A stretch of 57,802 nt of DNA from Macrostomum lignano. Lineage: Eukaryota. Position numbers and translations under genes: made by a program. The notes beneath the pieces were generated by a model. The model saw only the letters and a list, made by a program, of their open reading frames with translations. It had not been told where the DNA came from and did not search any database. Location of the stretch: positions 1-57,802 of the forward strand of contig NIVC01002000.1 of NCBI GenBank assembly GCA_002269645.1, given 5' to 3'. Shown here one piece after another: positions 51,303 to 57,802 of this stretch (positions within the stretch are counted from its first letter, which is position 1; every line of letters begins with the position of its first letter).

Positions 51303-52612
51303 GCTTTGACTTACTTGACTTAGCTGCAGGGGGCGTCCGGCGGATGCAGCGAGGAGGCGGAGGAGACCGCCCATTCCGCTAGCCCCTGGCGACCAAAGAC
51401 TTCCATCGAAGTGATGTCGCTCAGGGGGACCCGTCGGTCTCGCCTGCAGCGCGGTCCTCCTCACCGGCGGTGGGGAAGAAATCAGCTCGTCCCGTGTCCT
51501 TGAGGTACCGGGCGAGCGTACCGGGCGAGCAGCGGGATGCTCTCGGGCCTGCAAACGTCGGGGAGAACCGGGTTTGGCCCGAGGTGAGTGAGCCTGGCTG
51601 GGTGTCGTGCCACCTGCGGAGATGCTCGGAGTCAGTCCAGCGCTTAACGCGGGAGTTGATCACCGAGGCGGGGATGGGGGCTCCCGGGCCTGGCCCCAGC
51701 AGCGCGCCGGCGGAGCCAGCCTTGGCCAGCAGGTCAGCGCGCTTGTTGCCGAGGAAGCCGGCGTGGCCCGGGATCCATCTGAGCTCCACCTGGTTGCCTA
51801 GCGCAAGCCCGTTGAGCTGGGTGTTGCAGTCCAGGACGGACCTGGAGCTGGCGGTGCTGCGGCAGAGGGCCCGAAGGGCTGCTTGGCTGTCAGAGTGAAA
51901 AATAAATTTCCGACCGCTGAGCTGCCTTCGGCGCAGCTCTGCCGCGCAGGAGCTGATGGCAAGCACCTCGCTCTGAAAAACACTGGAGTTGGGGCCCAGT
52001 GTGCTGGGAGTAGCTCCACACCACTTCTCCCTTGAAGAAGACGCAAGCTCCGAAGCCTGAAAGACCATGCCTCATAGAGCCGTCAGTGTAACAGTGGACT
52101 TCAGAGTCGCTCCAGCTGTCACTCGCCTCGTGTCGAGGCTGAATGGTGACCTTATACCTTTGGCTCAGGAGAAGGGTGGCTGGGATTGAGTCCATGAGGA
52201 TGTTAAGCCCGCCACACTCCTCGAGAGCCTTGAGGCAGAGGTCAGAGTGCGGGATAAGCGACCGCTTCTTAAAGGCCCGCACTTTTTTGAAGGCCACCCC
52301 AGCATCCAGAAGACGCCGGGTGCTCTTCGCCGCCTCTCCTTTGATATAAATATCCAGAGGAGGGGCACAGAGGAAGGCATTCATGCCTTCAAAAGGAGTA
52401 GAGGGTGGAGCGCCCATAGTCATGCGGCAGGCTCTGCCCTGGGTTTTGTAGAGAGCGTCGAGGTTGCTCTTGACGCTCAGGCCGCTGGCCCACACGAGGC
52501 TGGCGTAACTGATCGAGGGGCGGATGATGGCAGTGTAAATCCACCACAGCTTCCTGGGGGTGAGCCCTCAGGTGGTGCCCACGGCGCGCCTGATCTGAGC
52601 CAGGACAACCAG
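51303..52612 (-). mobile_element. Decayed 5'-truncated LOA/R1-like LINE (RT thumb + RNase H) inserted in a minisatellite
   Basis: *GLTPRKLWWIYTAIIRPSISYASLVW, YTDGS, FHSDSQAAL, LRWIPGHAGFLGNKRADLLAK; one stop, one frameshift, knuckle deleted; same tail as 45956. Confidence 0.88.
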
Positions 52613-53235
52613 AAGAAGAATCGTGCAGTGGGTGACTGAAGAATCGGGCAGTGGGTGACTGAAGAATCGGGCAGTGGGTGACTGAAGAATCGGGCAGTGG
52701 GTGACTGAAGAATCGGGCAGTGGGTGACTGAAGAATCGGGCAGTGGGTGACTGAAGAATCGGGCAGTGCGTGACTGAATAATCGGCCTGGGCCAGTGGGT
52801 GACTGAAGAATCGGCCTGGGCCAGTGGGTGACTGAAGAATCGGCCTGGGCCAGTGGATGACTGAAGAATCGGGCAGTGGGTGACTGAAGAATCGGCCTGG
52901 GCCAGTGGGTGACTGAAGAATCGGCCTGGGCCAGTGGGTGACTGAAGAATCGGCCTGGGCCAGTGGGTGACTGAAGAATCGGCCTGGGCCAGTGGGTGAC
53001 TGAAGAATCGGCCTGGGCCAGTGGGTGACTGAAGAATCGGCCTGGGCCAGTGGGTGACTGAAGAATCGGCCTGGGCCAGTGGGTGACTGAAGAATCGGCC
53101 TGGGCCAGTGGGTGACTGAAGAATCGGCCTGGGCCAGTGGGTGACTGAAGAATCGGCCTGGGCCAGTGGGTGACTGAAGAATCGGCCTGGGCCAGTGGAT
53201 GACTGAAGAATCGGGCAGTGGGTGACTGAAAAACG
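52613..53235. repeat. Minisatellite, 29-bp (cagtgggtgactgaagaatcggcctgggc) and 23-bp units; two more units at ~51255-51302
   Basis: Direct inspection; array is split by the LINE. Confidence 0.95.
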
Positions 53236-53934
53236 GGCTGGTGCAGTGGGTGATGCCGACAGAAACCGACAACCCTAAGGAAGGAATTAGAACACTCAGA
53301 TCCGTATGCACCAATTGACTATATACAGAGTAGTCTACCAGCATCAGTAGTGTAGCGAGTAGGTTAGTTACTAAAGCAGAAGAAAGAACTGTAATTATTC
53401 AAGAAAATAACTTTTTAATAGTATTTGTTCTATAGGGCGAATTGAATTGAGACAATGATAAGTGCAAGTATATAATTTATAATATAGTATACACTTGTAT
53501 TTGACAATAATAATTATAGTATTATATCGGTCAATATCAGTTAACAGTAAAAAACAACTCAAGCAAACACAATTCAAAGGTAGAAAATAGCGGAGACAGA
53601 CAGACATTTACGCTCGTAGACACTAGAATGACTAGATATGTCACTCGAAAAAATGCGCTCGCTTGTCTACTCTCTTTTAGTAGCAAAATTAGCGTTTTTT
53701 GCATTTTATGTTTTTGAAGTTGCAACCATCGCCTTACAAGCAGACCCATTAAATTTGCATCTTCATCATGCTTCACCGACTCCTGATTGTCTCAGACTCG
53801 AAATTACTTAAAAACAAATTAATTTAAGACTAAAGATTGCAGGAAAACTTGATAAACCTAAGTCTACATAGCGGAGTAAGAGAGAAAAGAGGGGGGTCGC
53901 TCCAGTCTCCGGCCAGGCCGATAAACTGACTTTG

Positions 53935-54300
53935 ACCTCTCACCTTACTGCTCTCTCATTGGCTGCACCATTATTGGGCCTGCCCCCTTAAGGCTGAGTT
54001 TCGTCCGTCCAACTTTTAACCTCTCTCCTTACTGCTCTCTCATTGGCTGAACAATTATTGGGCCTGCCCCCTTAAGGCTGAGTTTCGTCCGTCCAACTTT
54101 TAACCTCTCTCCTTACTTGTTCTCTCATTGGCTGCACCATTATTGGGCCTGCCCCTTAAGGCTGAGTTTCGTCCGTCCAACTTTTAACCTCTCTCCTTAC
54201 TGCTCTCTCATTGGCTGAACAATTATTGGGCCTGCCCCCCCCCCCTAAGGCAGAGTTTCGTTCGTCCAACTTCGACCTCTCTCCTTATTGCTCTCTTATT
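53935..54300. repeat. ~85-bp tandem repeat, about 4.5 copies
   Basis: acctctc.ccttactgctctctcattggctg...aaggctgagtttcgtccgtccaactttta, units starting ~53935, 54020, 54105, 54189, 54277. Confidence 0.9.
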
Positions 54301-55465
54301 GTCTGAGCTATTGCATAGATTGGGCCTGCGCCCTAGACACTTTTGTACATCCAGTTAAATATTTGCTGTTCATTCTTAACCCGATATGCTGCTGCAAAAG
54401 AAAGGAAATTTTAGCTGCCACATTAAATTTAAGTGACACTGAGCAGACAAACTACTGAATAAAGAGTAGACGCTCTACTTTTTAACAATTTAAATTGCGA
54501 ATTACATATCTAGTTAGTCTAGTATCCGTGAGATAGACAGACAGACAGACAGACGGACAAACAGACAGATGTGGCTAACAAGGCAGCTATTTAATGCAAC
54601 AGTTTGAGGCCGGGTCGGCAGACTCGCTTCAAGATATCGCAAGTTCTGTAGACAGAATAACCAATATAACTTTATTAATGTTAGCTTTGTCAGCACAAAG
54701 TAGGGAGAAGCAGACTACCACAGCAATAGTACAGGCGGAGAAGCGTCACGGTTAGAGTCGGAACAAAAAGGAACAAAACAAAATAAAAGTGCGGACTAAA
54801 AATGAAGCTAACTTGCTTTAAAAAGCAGTTTTTTCCAGTGATTTAATATAGCTTTATAAAAAGCGTTGACTAAACTGAACTACTTACTGCAAGTAGAGAA
54901 GCAAGGAAAATGAGGACTTTTTCGGGCAAGCACATAAAAAAACTTTTTTCTCTTGACAAGATTAGAAATAGCCACGATAAAATGCGCGCACATTTTAATA
55001 AGTGGTCAATTGCACTTTTAATACTAATACTATAATTTAATCATAAATCATAAAAAGAAAAAAGGAAAAATACTGGGAAAAATGAAAGCAAACAGAAAAA
55101 GAACGCAATCGTAATTGCAGCAAAAACAATAAAAAATGACACAGTAAAACAATGCAACAACCATCATAAGAGAAAGGAAGACCTCTGTTGCATAGTAAAG
55201 TTAGCCGGAGAAAATGTCAATAAGCTACTCATGCCACAAGAACAATATATTCGCTGGAAGACCCAATCAGCTAGCTCCAATAATGCAGCGATGCTGGAGT
55301 AATATTGCTTGATATTGAGCCCTTGACCCTGATTATTAATACATAATATAAATAATTAACTTATAATAAGAGAACTGCAAACAATATAAAAGCAGTGCAA
55401 GCAAAAAAGGTCTATTTAATTGTAAAAAAGAACAGACACCCAGGGGAGCAAACAGACAGAGTTAC

Positions 55466-55675
55466 TCATTGGCCATGCTGGGCTCATGACTGTGGCTGCT
55501 CTGGCTGCCCGGTCTGGGACTAATTGACCTCAGCAGGTCCTCGCCATTGTCAGCCAGAGATTGGTCGTCCGGTGTTAAGTCGACAAAATCGCTGCCTAAA
55601 TCGCTGCGCGCCTGATGCGGCCCCTGGCGCTTAGATTTGGTCGGCCGATCCCTGCGAGACAGTGGCGAGTAGTGA
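55466..55675 (-). CDS. Possible internal exon of an unidentified gene (S/R/D/P-rich, 210 nt, phase 2-2)
   Basis: GC-rich open island in AT-rich DNA; ccgctag| acceptor and |gtaact donor; length divisible by 3; no recognisable domain. Confidence 0.4.
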
Positions 55676-55746
55676 CTAGCGGGTGTGAGCAGCGATATCA
55701 ATTTAGTAATTCAACAGGCAACTGGCAACAGGAATATTGGAATTAA

Positions 55747-57256
55747 ATGGATTGCTAGTCTAGCTCTCACTGACGAGTCTATAGATGAGATTGGATTGCT
55801 AGTCTAGCTCTCACTGACGAGTCTATAGATGAGATTGGATTGCTAATCTAGCTCTCACTGACGAGTCTATAGATGAGGTTGGATTGCTAATCTAGCTCTC
55901 ACTGACGAGTCTATAGATGAGGTTGGATTGCTAGTCTAGCTCTCACTGACGAGTCTATAGATGAGATTGGATTGCTAATCTAGCTCTCACTGACGAGTCT
56001 ATAGATGAGGTTGGATTGCTAATCTAACTCTCACTGACGAGTCTATAGACGAGATTGGATTGCTAATCTAGCTCTCACTGACGAGTCTATGGATGAGATT
56101 GGATTGCTAATCTAGCTCTCACTGACGAGTCTATAGATGAGATTGGATTGCTAGTCTAGCTCTCACTGACGAGTCTATAGATGAGATTGGATTGCTAGTC
56201 TAGCTCTCACTGACGAGTCTATAGATGAGATTGGATTGCTAGTCTAGCTCTCACTGACGAGTCTATAGATGAGATTGGATTGCTAATCTAGCTCTCACTG
56301 ACGAGTCTATAGATGAGGTTGGATTGCTAATCTAGCTCTCACTGACGAGTCTATAGATGAGATTGGATTGCTAATCTAGCTCTCACTGACGAGTCTATAG
56401 ATGAGGTTGGATTGCTAATCTAACTCTCACTGACGAGTCTATGGATGAGATTGGATTGCTAATCTAGCTCTCACTGACGAGTCTATAGATGAGATTGGAT
56501 TGCTAATCTAACTCTCACTGACGAGTCTATAGATGAGGTTGGATTGCTAATCTAACTCTCACTGACGAGTATATGGATGAGGTTGGATTGCTAATCTAGC
56601 TCTCACTGACGAGTCTATAGAGGTTGGATTGCTAATCTAGCTCTCACAGACGAGTCTATGGATGAGATTGGATTGCTAATCTAGCTCTCACTGAAGGGTC
56701 TATAGATAAGTTGGATTTCTAATCTAACTCTCACTGACGAGTCTATAGATGAGGTTGGATTGCTAGTCTAGCTCTCACTGACGAGTCTATAGATGTGGTT
56801 GGATTGCTAGTCTAGCTCTCACAGACGAGTCTATGGATGAGATTGGATTGCTAATCTAGCTCTCACTGAAGAGTCTATAGATGAGATTGGATTGCTAATC
56901 TAGCTCTCACTGAAGAGTCTATAGATAAGGTTGGATTTCTAATCTAACTCTCACTGACGAGTCTATAGATGAGATTGGATTGCTAATTTAGCTCTCACTG
57001 ACGAGTCTATAGATGAGATTGGATTGCTAGTCTAGCTCTCACTGACGAGTTTATAGATGAGGTTGGATTGCTAATCTAGCTCTCACAGACGAGTCTATGG
57101 ATGAGATTGGATTGCTAATCTAGCTCTCACTGAAGAGTCTATAGATAAGGTTGGATTTCTAATCTAACTCTCACTGACGAGTCTATAGATGAGATTGGAT
57201 TGCTAATCTAACTCTCACTGACGAGTCTATAGATGAGATTGGATTGCTAATCTAGA
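55747..57256. repeat. 44-bp satellite ttggattgctaatctagctctcactgacgagtctatagatgaga, about 34 copies
   Basis: Direct inspection; 44-bp period (55791 to 55835). Confidence 0.96.
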
Positions 57257-57802
57257 TCATCGGTGAGACTAAAATTGAGAATGTAAAAATGGAAGAGCAC
57301 ATTAAATCACGCAATTCACACTTGCTCACTTCTAAATCTAGCAAATCGGAGGCTTACTGAGTAGAAACAAATTAAAGGCACACACGTTTAACAAGAGTTG
57401 GCCAGGGATCACTGCCGCATGCATCATATAGCATTAAGAGTATAAAGCTATATTTTAATACTGCCAACAACAATACAAAACTTTTCGACTTTCAACTGAA
57501 AAGAGCATACTACTCATGTAGCTATCTATCAAAAAGCTTCTCAATTGACAGAATGACGCTGGAAAAACTACATCAAATACATGAATATCTAATAGCACAA
57601 GCATGCAGTCACACACAACACAGTCTATCACTAGAACTCTCGCGAATCAGCTCCTTACTAATAAGTCTTGTGCAGGTGAGTCTTGCTACAATAAAAACAA
57701 TTATCAGTGTCTATTAGGTAATAAGCTTAGCCAGTATGTGCGAGGCTTACTGTAATTATTATTGATTTACAATAAGTTACAGAATGAGGTACACAAACTG
57801 TA

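Noticed and set aside
52613-53235. CTGAAGA in the 29-bp unit as a hammerhead core
   Set aside because: No GAAA or stem III follows.

Overview
Eukaryotic (invertebrate) genomic DNA with spliceosomal introns, many minisatellites and transposons. GC/Ala-rich exons and minisatellite-filled introns suggest a free-living flatworm such as Macrostomum lignano; this is inference and not verifiable here. Three host genes lie on the minus strand. (1) A 5-exon gene (12345 to <1) encodes a putative secreted protein of >3100 aa: signal peptide, degenerate vWA-like domain, then about 45 near-identical 53-aa Lys/Arg/Trp/Tyr/His repeats with no acidic residue. (2) lethal(2) giant larvae (30567-19582), with a partial tandem duplication that is probably an assembly artefact. 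(3) A DEG/ENaC channel with non-canonical HG and GxS motifs (44164-41127). The rest is hAT elements and MITEs (three with clear 8-bp TSDs), a TAA-flanked foldback MITE, two tRNA/CORE-type SINEs, two LOA/R1-like LINE fragments and satellites. There is also an intact Neptune-type Penelope-like RT/GIY-YIG ORF whose upstream ORF carries an AlkB (2OG-Fe(II)) C-terminal motif and ends on a UUUAAAC -1 slippery site immediately before its stop. The best leads are this AlkB-ORF/-1 frameshift Penelope element and the cationic-aromatic repeat protein. Scattered 1-2 nt deletions in coding regions point to imperfect long-read consensus. No rRNA, bona fide tRNA or CRISPR array was seen.
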